This document shows positions 12,896 to 23,800 of a stretch of DNA of 64,000 nucleotides, piece by piece (position 1 is the stretch's first letter; each line of letters starts with the position of its first letter). The DNA lies in contig ML992501.1 in assembly GCA_010093995.1 (NCBI GenBank), positions 1,018,632-1,082,631 on the forward strand. The letters are read 5' to 3'. The notes under the pieces are model-generated. The model worked only from the letters and a program-made list of their open reading frames with translations, did no database searches and had not been told where the DNA came from. Source of the DNA: Elsinoe ampelina (taxonomy: Eukaryota). The position numbers and the translations under genes are program-made.

Positions 12896-13584
12896 GGCGG
12901 TGTATACAGAGGAGGGTCCAAACCCTGCCTCAAAAACTTTGTCAGCTCAGTCGGAGTAGAGTTTGTGGTTGTTGGAGATCCGTAGCGTTCTGTGAGGAGT
13001 AACAGCTCCGGCGCACAGACTTGCACGACCCTGAGTGACCCTGGGCGATGATGCTGTGGTTTTGTAGGACAAGGCCTGACCGCTACGCTAGCAAAGGACG
13101 CATCGAGCTGCAGTAAGAAATGTCAAAGTCGACTTCCGGATGAGAAATCAAATGAAGCAAATATCGTACGAAGTTTTGTAGCGGAGAAATGCTTCGAAAA
13201 GCTGCCAGAAGCACCTGATGATGCAAAGTCAAATGAAGAGATTCAAAGGTTTGGCGAGTCATGGACAAAGGCCGATGAAGAGGAGCATTCCGCCGCTGAT
13301 GGAATTTTACCGTCAATTAGGAGCGACAATCCCGTACCCAAACAGATGCTGCTCTTCTCTCGGGAACGAGCCTCAACTTATCATATGATGTTTGATGTTT
13401 TCCATCGCATATTGTCATCCTCACGGTAACACCGAGATGTCGATTTGACCTTGATGTCATCCTCCGGTGGGGGAGCCTAGAAGCCAGACACCTGACAACC
13501 CGCTGGTATTTTGCCGGTAAAAGCCGCAGTGCTGACGAGTTTATACAATATATTAAAGGATACAAATTACCGCCAGCTACACTC

Positions 13585-15327
13585 TCATGACGCCTGTGTC
13601 GCCCTTCGATCTCTCCCCCAGAACCCGCCATTCGTCCTCGGACTCGTCGCACTCGCTTCCGGGAAAATGCTGGTCTCCATCTGACTTCTCCGCATATCGC
13701 CTCTCCTTCTGCCATCAAGCTCAGCGACTCTTCTATCCGCCTCGAGCTCTGCAACATATCGCGCGTCTAGCTCTGCTGGATTCGTAGCTGAGTCCGACAT
13801 GGGCGACACCACACTGGTTCCGCCACGATCCGATGATCCAGGCCAATGTTGTCCTCGATGGTGGTCCGGACACTCTGTCCACTCGCTGCCGCTCGACCCT
13901 GCACGAGACTCTGTTCTGCCGACCACGAAGATGGGTTTCTCGTCTTCTGCTTGCATGGGGCATCTCTCAACGTCTCTATCTTGCGCCCGTAGCGTATTTC
14001 TGTACTCATTTGCGAATGCGACCTTGGTAGGCGATGTGGGCGTGAAGGGCTCTGATAGACGGAAGTCGTTTCGTCTCGGTTGCTGTGAAGCAGCATAGTG
14101 GTCATCATCTTCATCAACAATTGCCTTTTCGCGGTCGAAAATGGACATGGGTACGTATTTGTGCTCGTTGCGTTGAGCCTTGGTGGTCATGATGTGCGTC
14201 TCGCCGGAATCGCGCTTCTTGTAGCCTGGCATATTGGGTTCCATGAATTGAGGTCTGCCTTCTCCTCGGCGGAGAAACCAAGACATACCTCTGTGTGTCC
14301 CACTGGTGCTTGAGTTTGTTGAGGAGTTCGTGGTCTGCCAGAATCGCCAGCGCTTTGGGAATCGCTTTCCGAGCATGTGACGGATTGCTGGTAGGCAAGC
14401 GGCCATGATGCAGAAGGAGACTTCGGCGCATTGAAAGCAGAGAATCAGAGCCGTGTTCCATGTCATATCAATCCCATTACGGAGTGTCTCTTGAATCTTC
14501 GCCGCGTTGACGACTGCGAATATGGTGGCTGAGAAGATGAAGGACAGAAGGACCTGCATGGCGAGCCGGTCTCGAGGTGTGAGCTGGATCTTACGGAGGA
14601 ACCACATCGGAGCGAAAACGAAGACTGCGTCAACCAGAATATTGCTCGTCGCCCGGAAGTAAGTGCTGACGGGGAATAGAATGAGAGGCGCGCATGGCAA
14701 GTCGCGGCCCGTGTAGAAGAGATACCGAGTGCGACAACCGCCGAGAACGACTATCGATGCGAAGAAATTGCCGGCCGTCGCAACAACGAGGCATACTACC
14801 ACCAGCACATCGAATGCCTTGCCCAGCTTGAGTTGGAGTAACGTTGCCCCCACTGAGATCTTTGCTAGCACAATGGCGAATGTTCCGACGAATTGGACAA
14901 TGATGGACAACTTCATTGCCATGGTTCTGTGGTCGCTGTTGGTGATCGCACCAATGTGCTTACCCTCGCCATAGTGAATAGACGAGAAGATGAGAGCGTT
15001 GGTCGCAAGGTGAAATACGATAGAAGCTAGGATGAGGTGGTCGTCGCCACGGAACCGCCGTATCTGGATCGTTCGGTAGATGCGAATGGCAACGAATGCT
15101 GTGGCGGATATGGTTCCGATGACTGTGACTGTGACCAACGCCGGCGCTCGTGATTCCGTGAGGTCGGTGCCGGCAGGCATTAGGAAGTCGAACCCTGGAG
15201 GTGGTCCCGTCTGCCCATTGACGGGCACATCGGCTCCAGGAGGTGGACCACCAGTAGCGAAGGTGCCTGGCGGAGAACCTTGAGCGGCCGCAAAAGAGGC
15301 CATGAAAGCAAGTAGTAGGATGGACAT
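13585..15327 (-). CDS. Pth11-like (fungal rhodopsin-domain) integral membrane protein without CFEM domain
   Basis: Signal-peptide-like MSILLLAFMASFAAA, about 7 hydrophobic helices, motifs RGDDHLIL, GEGKHI, AKISV, D...APMWFLRKIQL, DMTW, E....IMAACLPAIR, long polar tail. Start codon inferred. Confidence 0.82.
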   Translation of the reverse strand: MSILLLAFMASFAAAQGSPPGTFATGGPPPGADVPVNGQTGPPPGFDFLMPAGTDLTESRAPALVTVTVIGTISATAFVAIRIYRTIQIRRFRGDDHLILASIVFHLATNALIFSSIHYGEGKHIGAITNSDHRTMAMKLSIIVQFVGTFAIVLAKISVGATLLQLKLGKAFDVLVVVCLVVATAGNFFASIVVLGGCRTRYLFYTGRDLPCAPLILFPVSTYFRATSNILVDAVFVFAPMWFLRKIQLTPRDRLAMQVLLSFIFSATIFAVVNAAKIQETLRNGIDMTWNTALILCFQCAEVSFCIMAACLPAIRHMLGKRFPKRWRFWQTTNSSTNSSTSGTHRGMSWFLRRGEGRPQFMEPNMPGYKKRDSGETHIMTTKAQRNEHKYVPMSIFDREKAIVDEDDDHYAASQQPRRNDFRLSEPFTPTSPTKVAFANEYRNTLRAQDRDVERCPMQAEDEKPIFVVGRTESRAGSSGSEWTECPDHHRGQHWPGSSDRGGTSVVSPMSDSATNPAELDARYVAELEADRRVAELDGRRRGDMRRSQMETSIFPEASATSPRTNGGFWGRDRRATQAS

Positions 15328-16454
15328 ACTGGAGGCCTTACAGATGTGTTGCAGTACCGGTGAACGAGTCGAGGAAGCGGCCAATGCTCGCTATATGAGC
15401 TAGAGGCATTCCTTCCAAGACGCCACATGCAGAGACATGACCTACCAGAAGAATTGTCCAAAGTGAATACATGACGTGCCGACTATCGAAAGCAATTGAA
15501 AGCTCAAGTCATGGCAGTGTACCGAGTGGATGTTCGCAAAGATAGGTTGATAGAAGCTGAAAATACCAACATGAAGTTGCGAAGATCATGCTGTACTGAT
15601 TGGCCGAAGCAGAACGGGTGCCGGATGCTGAAGGAATCCGAGAAGACCAAGGAAACACGGGACGGCGCGATGACAGATCGAGGGCTGTTAATAGGGCCGA
15701 ATTTTGCCTGGCCTGGTGTTGACCTGCAGTAGTATAAAGCCACACCTCAGCTACTGTCAAACACACTTTCGCGATGTAGGTACCATCAGGTTGGGCTAAG
15801 GATGGTCGCGATGATCTTTAGGCTGAAGGTGTGATTCATGAGGCTGAGATTTGCGGGATTGGCGAGCATCTGAAGATCGCCTTTCATGCAAGCTCTTGAA
15901 GGAGCCGCTTGGCTCTTGCCTGGACCCGCGGAAGGTGTCGAGGTCCTGCCTCTGCCGCTTCGCTTGGTATGGTTGTCGCCAGAATTAGAAGCGGCCTGTT
16001 TAGTGACCTTTGCAGCTATCTGTGTGCTCATCAGACGGCAGATAACGTGGAGTAGGCCACATGGATCTACCGATGCGACCCAGGATCCAGGGCCCTGTCT
16101 GTTGAAGATGTTGGCTGAAAATTGAAGGAATGATAGTAGTGCTATCACTGCTGCAAAGGTATTTCATCAGCAGTTACCCAAAATATCTGAAAGCTCTTCT
16201 GGAGCCCGCGGATGATTAGTCAAAAATCCGGTTGACAAAACGGCCTTGATGATTGGACCGAGGGTCTCCAGATTCGCCTCACCGGACCCCGCCATGCTTC
16301 CCCGCAGGGCGTGAAGTGAACGGTAAGCATCTTATTTCCGAACAACCACACCATCTTTCCCTCTATCTCTCCAACATCAAGCAGAGCATTCACAAAACAC
16401 TTTGTTCTTGAATCCCGTAGGCCTCATCACCTTTACCACAACCAATCCAACAAC

Positions 16455-17390
16455 ATGGCGCCCCACGCTTCCAATGGCAATGGCAGCTCTGACGACAATA
16501 CGCCTACCAACATTGCCCCGCTCGAGCCTGGAGTTTCAAAGAGGGTCGCCGAGAAGAAGATGCCCGCCTTTCCCCAACCGCCCAAGTTTGATGACCCATA
16601 CGAGGCTCGCAAGTACTGGAAGGGCCGTCTCGCCGCTGCATTCCGCATCTTTGGCAAGTATGGGTATGATGAGGGTGTTGCAGGCCACATTACTCTGCGT
16701 GATCCTGTGGACCCAGAGAGCTTCTGGGTGAATCCTTTTGGGAAAGCGTTGGTCACTCCTACAACTTGATACCACATGCACTAATAACTCAATAGCTTCT
16801 CACTGATGAAGGCCTCTGACCTGATCCTGGTGGATCATGATGGCAATGTTGTGGATGGTGGAGAGAACAGACTGCTCAACACAGCCGCATTCATGATTCA
16901 TTCTGCCATTCATAAGGCACGACCCGAGGTCATGGCCGCATGCCACAGTCACACTATCTACGGCAGATCGTTCTGCACATTGGGCCGGAAGCTAGACACC
17001 ATCACCCAGGACGCCTGCGCTTTCCACAACGACCACGTCGTGTACGATAGCTTCAATGGAGTAGTACTGGCAGAAGAAGAAGGCAAGAACATCGCCAAGT
17101 GCGTTGGCAACACAAAGGCTGCTCTGCTGCAGAACCACGGTCTCCTGACTGTCGGACGGACTGTAGACGAAGCAGTCTTCTGGTTCGTCAGCATGGACAA
17201 GTGCTGTCAAGCACAGCTCCTCGCAGAGGCTGCGGCAGGTTCGCGTGGCGAGAAGCCAATCCACATCGACGAAGAAGACGCTCAATTCACATACAAGACG
17301 GTCGGCACCCACTACGCCGGCTACTTCAGCGCAAAGCCACTCTTCGACGTCATCCACAAAGACACCGGAGGAGACTATCTCGACGAGTAG
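16455..17390 (+). CDS. Class II aldolase/adducin head-domain protein; intron 16748-16795
   Basis: EGVAGHITLRDP, FWVNPFG, AFMIHSAIH, HSHT and LLQNHGLLT (Zn-binding His residues). Confidence 0.92.
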
Positions 17391-17435
17391 AGAACCATGT
17401 AATTCCTATGTATGCCATTGTACATTTCCCCTTTC

Positions 17436-18107
17436 TCACAATTTCAACCCCGTGAACCTCCTCGGCGGGTCCGCATCGATCATAAGCGGCAACTCCGGAT
17501 CTCCCTTCGCCTTCGCCCTCTTGAACCCTTCCCTTTCCGAGCACCTCTTCAACCACGCCAAAATCCCGTCATACCCCGCCAGCGAAAACGGCATGAACGT
17601 CCTCATCGTCGTCACCGAGAACACCGTCATGACATCCGCAGCCGTGAATCTCTCCCCGACCAACCATTCATTTCCCCCGAGCCTCTCGTCCAAATGCTTC
17701 AAATACCCATCCAACCTCCCCTTGACCCGCCTGTAGTTATCGCTCCCCGTATCCCCCGAGCCCATCACCGACATCGCCCTGCTCACACCCGGCTGCAACG
17801 TCCCATTCGCAAACGCAAACCAGTACAGGTACGTCGCGTACTCCGGGTCACTGGGTGGCAGAGCGAGGCGTCCGTCCCCGTGTTTGTGGATGATGTACTC
17901 GGCGCAAGCAGCGGATTCGGCGAGCGTGATGGGGCCGTCTTGGATGATGGGGGCGGCGCCCAGGGGGTGGAGCTTGTAGAGGCTGGGTGGGGAGAAGATC
18001 GGGGAGCGTTGGTGGAGGACGAGGGTGTAGGGGATGGAGAGCTCTTCGCAGAGCCAGACGAGGCGGTCGGATTGGGAGACTTGGAGGTGGTGGATTGTGA
18101 GGGTCAT
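17436..18107 (-). CDS. Glutathione S-transferase (Gtt1-like)
   Basis: IHHLQVSQSDRLVWLCEEL, HPLGAAP, LAESAAC, FTAADVM; 223 aa intronless ORF. Confidence 0.9.
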   Translation of the reverse strand: MTLTIHHLQVSQSDRLVWLCEELSIPYTLVLHQRSPIFSPPSLYKLHPLGAAPIIQDGPITLAESAACAEYIIHKHGDGRLALPPSDPEYATYLYWFAFANGTLQPGVSRAMSVMGSGDTGSDNYRRVKGRLDGYLKHLDERLGGNEWLVGERFTAADVMTVFSVTTMRTFMPFSLAGYDGILAWLKRCSEREGFKRAKAKGDPELPLMIDADPPRRFTGLKL

Positions 18108-18507
18108 TGTGGTGGTAGTGGTGCGGTTGGGGATGGTGTAGGAACGGCGGGCAAGAAAGTGATGAAGAGATGGGAGAAGGAGATATTTATATTTACTTAT
18201 CGGCTTATGGTTTGTGGTGGGGGTGTTTGACTTCTCGGCCGAATGGTATAGCGAGAGGTTAGATCTGCGTAAGCGGCAATGATTAGCCGGGCGAGAATGT
18301 ACAGTTATCGAAGTTTATGGCTGACAGAATGAGATATACATTGCTGTGTAATGACAAGCGATGTCTGTTCCAGAATGACAGCGATTCGTTACGATGAAAG
18401 AAAAACAGATGCGAGGTAGGAATGAACGAGGGCCATCGCTGTGCCTCGGCAAATGGCGGTGACGCCGACGCGTTCTCGCGTTTAGTGGTCTTCTCTCTTG
18501 TCTTCCA

Positions 18508-19073
18508 TCAATAATGCCTGCGCGATCCTCCATGATGGCCTCGAGACTGTCCGCCATGACCTCCTCTATGCGGCGCTGGTGGTCCGCTTGCTCTCCTGAA
18601 TATGTTCAGCGGACGAGATACTCCAACCCATCGACTAGGCCGACTCACTGTTGTGCCCTCTGCAACTCAAGCTGACGATCCGACACAGCTTGCTCAGCAT
18701 TCGCTTTTGCGTGTCTCGCTCCGGCCTGCGCTCGTTGCGCTTCAGCTAGTCTCCTCCTGAACTCATCACGAGTCCTGCAGGCGGCATTGATGTCGCCTTG
18801 ACAATGAGCTGTGACCGTCAGTTACCACAACACCACTCGCAAGTCTAGATCACTACCTCTCTCCTCCCTCCATCGTGGATCACGTCGGCCAGGAGGGACC
18901 TGCTCAAGCCCTCTCACGCGGGCTCCTTGTGATTGGATGGTATTTTGGGCCCTTGCTATATGGCTCTCGGCGTCTTGCACTGCTCTGGTTGCGCGAATGA
19001 GCCGCTCCGCCGCCGCGGCTGCGTTCTCTTTGGCGATGTTCAGCCTTTCCCAGGCCGATGCAAGTGAAGTCAT
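18508..19073 (-). CDS. Small hypothetical coiled-coil protein, three predicted exons, G/H-rich tail
   Basis: A/R/Q/E helical ORF from 19073. Two GT-AG introns with branch-like sites keep the frame (...REER|AHCQGDINAA...LQRAQ|QRASGPPAPHRGGHGGQSRGHHGGSRRHY*). TATAAA about 60 bp upstream. Confidence 0.5.
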
Positions 19074-19522
19074 GTTCTGTAAGGGGATCTGAGAGCAACA
19101 TCTGGATCGATTTCGTCCGCAGCGGCACCTTTATAAGATCGCTGTAGTCTCAGGTACTACTCGGTGGCTTTTGCCTGAATTTCACTCTTGTGCAACTGAA
19201 CCCAGTGGCTGAGGCTGATCGTTCCAGCTGCGGCTGCGGCTGCGGCTGCGATGATGGCAGTGGAAATGCAGGATCGTGTTTCTTGCTAGTCAATACTGGC
19301 CGCTTGCTTTGACACCACGGTTGTATCAATGCTGGGAATCCGCGGAAACACGCTGAGGCATCTACATCAAAGATGCCTACATACCAGACAATTTGTCCAA
19401 TTGACCTTGAGGTACCATCTTGAATCACCATCATGGTCACAGATCCAAGGTAGAGGAAGATGGAGGCAGACTCGGCGGCCGAAATGCTGGAGGGGCTGTC
19501 GGGTCACGTGATTGTTTTTCAG

Positions 19523-19782
19523 TGTCAACCGAGGTATAAGCTGGAGCGCCAAGAAGGACCCTGATTCAGTTTATCCCCTGGTGGAACTAAATACTTATCT
19601 ACTACTCCACTAATTTATGATCAAATTAGATAGTTATTGTCTTAATCTACTACTATTAAGGAGTTCTTTTAATTTAGCTATCTTTTAGTATACTAGGTTA
19701 AGTATTTATATAGTTATAATCTACCTTATTTTAGTAGTTTAGGTAGTAATTAATCCTTTTTCCTCCCCTACACAAGTTAATA
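19523..19782 (+). repeat. 5' LTR, copia family 1
   Basis: Direct repeat of 29838-30097; starts TGTCAAC. Confidence 0.92.
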
Positions 19783-22155
19783 GTTATAAGCCTAGTATAA
19801 CTACCCCTATATAAGTATATTACTTAGTTACTTTCCTACTCTATTTATTAGTTAATTCTCTACTATCTTGCTTTTTAAGTATTAGAATCTATTAAGAACT
19901 ACCTTAACTACAACTATAGGATTTAGGTATTAATAAAGGGATAAATAACTATAGATACTAATACCTTAATAGCTAGAACACTTATTATTCTTGCTATATT
20001 AGCTAAATAGGCTAGCTAGCTATATATTATTAAGATAAGAGTGTTAAATACTAAGATATAGAACCTTATTAATCCTTAGAAGGCTAGTAAGCTAGAAGGG
20101 CTCCCTAAGCCTTAGAGGCTAGAGGTAGTAAATACTAACTTCTTAGTACTCTTCTAGATATATAAGGAGAAATAAGCATAATATAACAAATAGTATAAGG
20201 CCTTAGCTAATTTAGCTAGCCTTATTTAGTTATTAATTGCACTATAAGTTCTTACTATTATCTAACTAGAAGGGGATTCTTATCTATAGGCTATCCTTAG
20301 GGCATTAAAGAATAGATTTGCTCTATCTAATATAGCTATTTAGCTTAAGGTTAAAGTACTCTAGAGAAAATAGCTATCTAGCCCTTCCTTATAGAATATA
20401 GACTATTAGCTTTAGCAATAGAAAGAAGTTATAGATAAAGCTAGGAACTATAATCTACTAGAAGCTTAAGGCTTAAGGCTATAGAGAGACTTTTTACTCT
20501 CTATCTTAAAGGCTAAACTAGCATTTACTAATAAGTACCTTATTAATCTAGATTTACTAACTCTACTAACTATACTTAAACTAATTACTAAGTTTAGATA
20601 GTTTTATAAACTCTATAAGCTATATAGTACTATAAAGGCTAGTAAGGGAGCTACGGCCTTCTCTATAGCTACTAAGAATGTTCTTTATAAGAAACCTAGT
20701 CCCCTTAGAGAGCCTAAATATATATACTAAGGCTAGTATAAGTAGATTAAGTACTATTACTTAAATAAGTATCTAAGGCTAGAAGGATAGATACTAAACT
20801 AGTAGACTATAAAGAAGGTTAAACAAAGACTAAATAATAAGACGCTTAAGGAGAGAATTAAGGCTTCTATTACTAAGGAAGTATAATATTAAAAGGGGTT
20901 AACCCTACTAGTGTTAATTAATATAGCTATTACTATTAGATTACACTTAGTATTTATTTTAGCTACTAGTAACATCTCTAACTTATAGATACTAGATTCT
21001 AGAGTAACTAATTATATCTATAATTACACTATAAAGAACAGATATAAGGTTACTAGAATTATAGAACCTTATAAGAAGCTATTCTATAGTAATACCTTAC
21101 TTAGCATTAAGAGTTAGAGAACTATTAATATTATAGCTCTTTATAAAGGAAAGCCTATAACTATCTATCTTATAAAGGTAGCCTATGTACTATTAATTAT
21201 AACTAATCTAGTTAGCCTTAGAAGGTTTATTAATAGTAGAGTCTACTAGAACACTTAAACTATAAAGATTAGCTATAAAGGAAAAGTACTCTTCTTAGTT
21301 ATACTAAAGCATAACTAATATATTTTTAAGAATAACTCTAAAGTTCCTAATATTACTACTATAGTATTAAGGAATAATAATAATTGTCTACTATTAGTAT
21401 TTACTATAGTTACTATAAGGACTAATTAATCTTAGTATAAAGTTATAGGCTATCTAAGCTTAGAGTCTATTAATTACCTTCTAACTACTATAGTTAGTAG
21501 TAAACTAACTCTAACTAAGCCTAGTTTAGCTTAACTAATTTATCTTAGGTCTCTATATTAGACTTATAAGCTATTAAATACTTAGTAGATTATATTAAGG
21601 AGCTCTAATACTAAACTTACTATATTAAAGCTATTTAAGAGAACTACCTTTAATATTATTATTAATAGATTTACTAGCTATAATAAGGCAAGATATATAA
21701 GCTACTTTACTTATAGGACTACTAACTATTAACTAGTTACTACCTATACTTATAGATATAAGATTAATAAAATCTACATTAAGATAATTACTTATATTAA
21801 AAGCAATTTTAGCTTTAAAATTAAATTTCTTAGAAGTAATAATAAGAGGGCCTTTAGCCTTAAATTTACTATCTTCCTAAATAGTAAAGGAATCTATTAT
21901 AAGCTATCTACTCCCTATACTTAAGCTTAGAATAGTTATAATAAAAGGATAGGAGCTATGCTATTAAGGAGAGTAAGGGTAATTACTATCTTTACTAATC
22001 TACTAAGAGAATTATACTCTAAACTATATAGATTAGTAGCTTATCTAATTAATAGAACACCTCTTAAGAAGCTAGACTAGAAGACTTCTTTTAAGCTAGT
22101 TTATAGATGCCCTCTATTAGTTACTTATCTTAGGCTACTTAGATATAAAGCTTAT

Positions 22156-22555
22156 NNNNNNNNNNNNNNNNNNNNNNNNNNNNNNNNNNNNNNNNNNNNN
22201 NNNNNNNNNNNNNNNNNNNNNNNNNNNNNNNNNNNNNNNNNNNNNNNNNNNNNNNNNNNNNNNNNNNNNNNNNNNNNNNNNNNNNNNNNNNNNNNNNNNN
22301 NNNNNNNNNNNNNNNNNNNNNNNNNNNNNNNNNNNNNNNNNNNNNNNNNNNNNNNNNNNNNNNNNNNNNNNNNNNNNNNNNNNNNNNNNNNNNNNNNNNN
22401 NNNNNNNNNNNNNNNNNNNNNNNNNNNNNNNNNNNNNNNNNNNNNNNNNNNNNNNNNNNNNNNNNNNNNNNNNNNNNNNNNNNNNNNNNNNNNNNNNNNN
22501 NNNNNNNNNNNNNNNNNNNNNNNNNNNNNNNNNNNNNNNNNNNNNNNNNNNNNNN
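22156..22555. other. Assembly gap (400 N)
   Basis: Run of N. Confidence 1.
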
Positions 22556-22703
22556 CTTACTACTATCTATAGTAGTATAGCTATCTCCTCTACTACTAGA
22601 AGGAGATAAAGCTAAAGGAGATAAGATAGAAGTTTAGACTAAAGAGGTAGTTAAAGCTTAGCCTAAGTAACTCCCTTAAAGAATTACTATAAGGTTAGCT
22701 AAT

Positions 22704-23166
22704 TGTCACGAACTGTCTAAACATAGCCTACGCTAGTAGTCTAAGCTAAGCTAAGAACGAGGTAGTTCTACTTCTATAGTAGTATAGCACTAAGGTAAGA
22801 GTCGGAGAAGGTATGTCTTATAGATAATAAAGTACAATTAGATAGTATTACAAAGGCTAGCCTTAGTAATACTAGTGTTTACTATCTAGATAAGGTTAAC
22901 TATAGTACTTACATAAGGTAAGGACTACTCCTATATATATGTGTTCTTTACTACGTACTTTGTGTGCTCTATATACTCCGTAGTAAGAGTTAGAGGCAAT
23001 ATAGAGTATACGTCCGCTAGTAACCTATATACTCTATAGTCCCTAGGGTAGAGCTACTAGAGAAGATAGAGAACCGGGCAAACGTCGGGCTAGATTACAT
23101 AATAACCTTAGTAGTTTAATTAGTCCTAACATCTCTACGCTTTAGCTATCCTACTAGTTTGTAATA
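22704..23166 (-). repeat. 3' LTR of the Gypsy element
   Basis: Direct repeat of 29265-29727. Confidence 0.92.
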
Positions 23167-23240
23167 TTACTCTCCTCTCTTAATCGAGTTGTTCTAACGA
23201 GTAAGTATTCTTTCTTATCCTTGCGCGCTATATACTAAAC

Positions 23241-23800
23241 ATGCCTTCTAGTTATTAAAGGCATAGTAAATCTAGTACATCTATATAAAAGAACCTCTCG
23301 GAGTTTATTAAATTATTTAGAACTAATATGCTATAAGCTTACTCTTGTTATAAGTTAAAAGAGCTAGACTATAAAGTCTATATTTAGTTAGGTATTTATA
23401 GCTAGTATATTGTAAGTAACTACTCGGGTTATAATATTTAAGTAACAAAATCGAAATAGTAGCGTCTCTAGTCTAAGTACATTCATTTACAAAAGGAATT
23501 AGTTATAGCTAAGGCTACTAGAAAGGAAGCTAAAGAAGCTTATAAAAAGGCAAAAGAGGCTTATTAAAGAGCTATAGGTAATAAGCTTTACCTACGTAAA
23601 GAGATATAAAAGTTAAAGGACAAGGTAGAGGAAGTAATCTCTCTAGAAGAGACTCGTATTTAAGTCTTAGAGTAGGAGGAAATACTATTATTAGTAGATC
23701 CCGTCCTACTATAGGACTAGCAATTATTTATGCCTAACTCTAATTAGAGTTCCTTACTTAGTAACGATTAAGGTACTTCTATTAGTTAAGTAATCTTCCT
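23241..23800 (+). pseudogene. RIP-inactivated antisense ORF inside the Gypsy element: Zn2Cys6-like motif plus coiled coil
   Basis: Frame starts at ATG 23241; TAY codons at C-x2-C-x6-C-x8-C-x2-C-x7-C spacing (TGY>TAY is the canonical RIP change); followed by a K/E/A-rich heptad region. 3' end approximate. Confidence 0.7.

Noticed and set aside
17412..18230. 272-aa plus-strand ORF overlapping the GST
   Set aside because: Shadow ORF caused by high GC; composition is not protein-like.
19150..19522. Possible host gene disrupted by the copia insertion; (CTGCGG)n tract near 19228
   Set aside because: Joining the flanks across the TSD gives only an ORF of about 40 codons with no recognisable domain.
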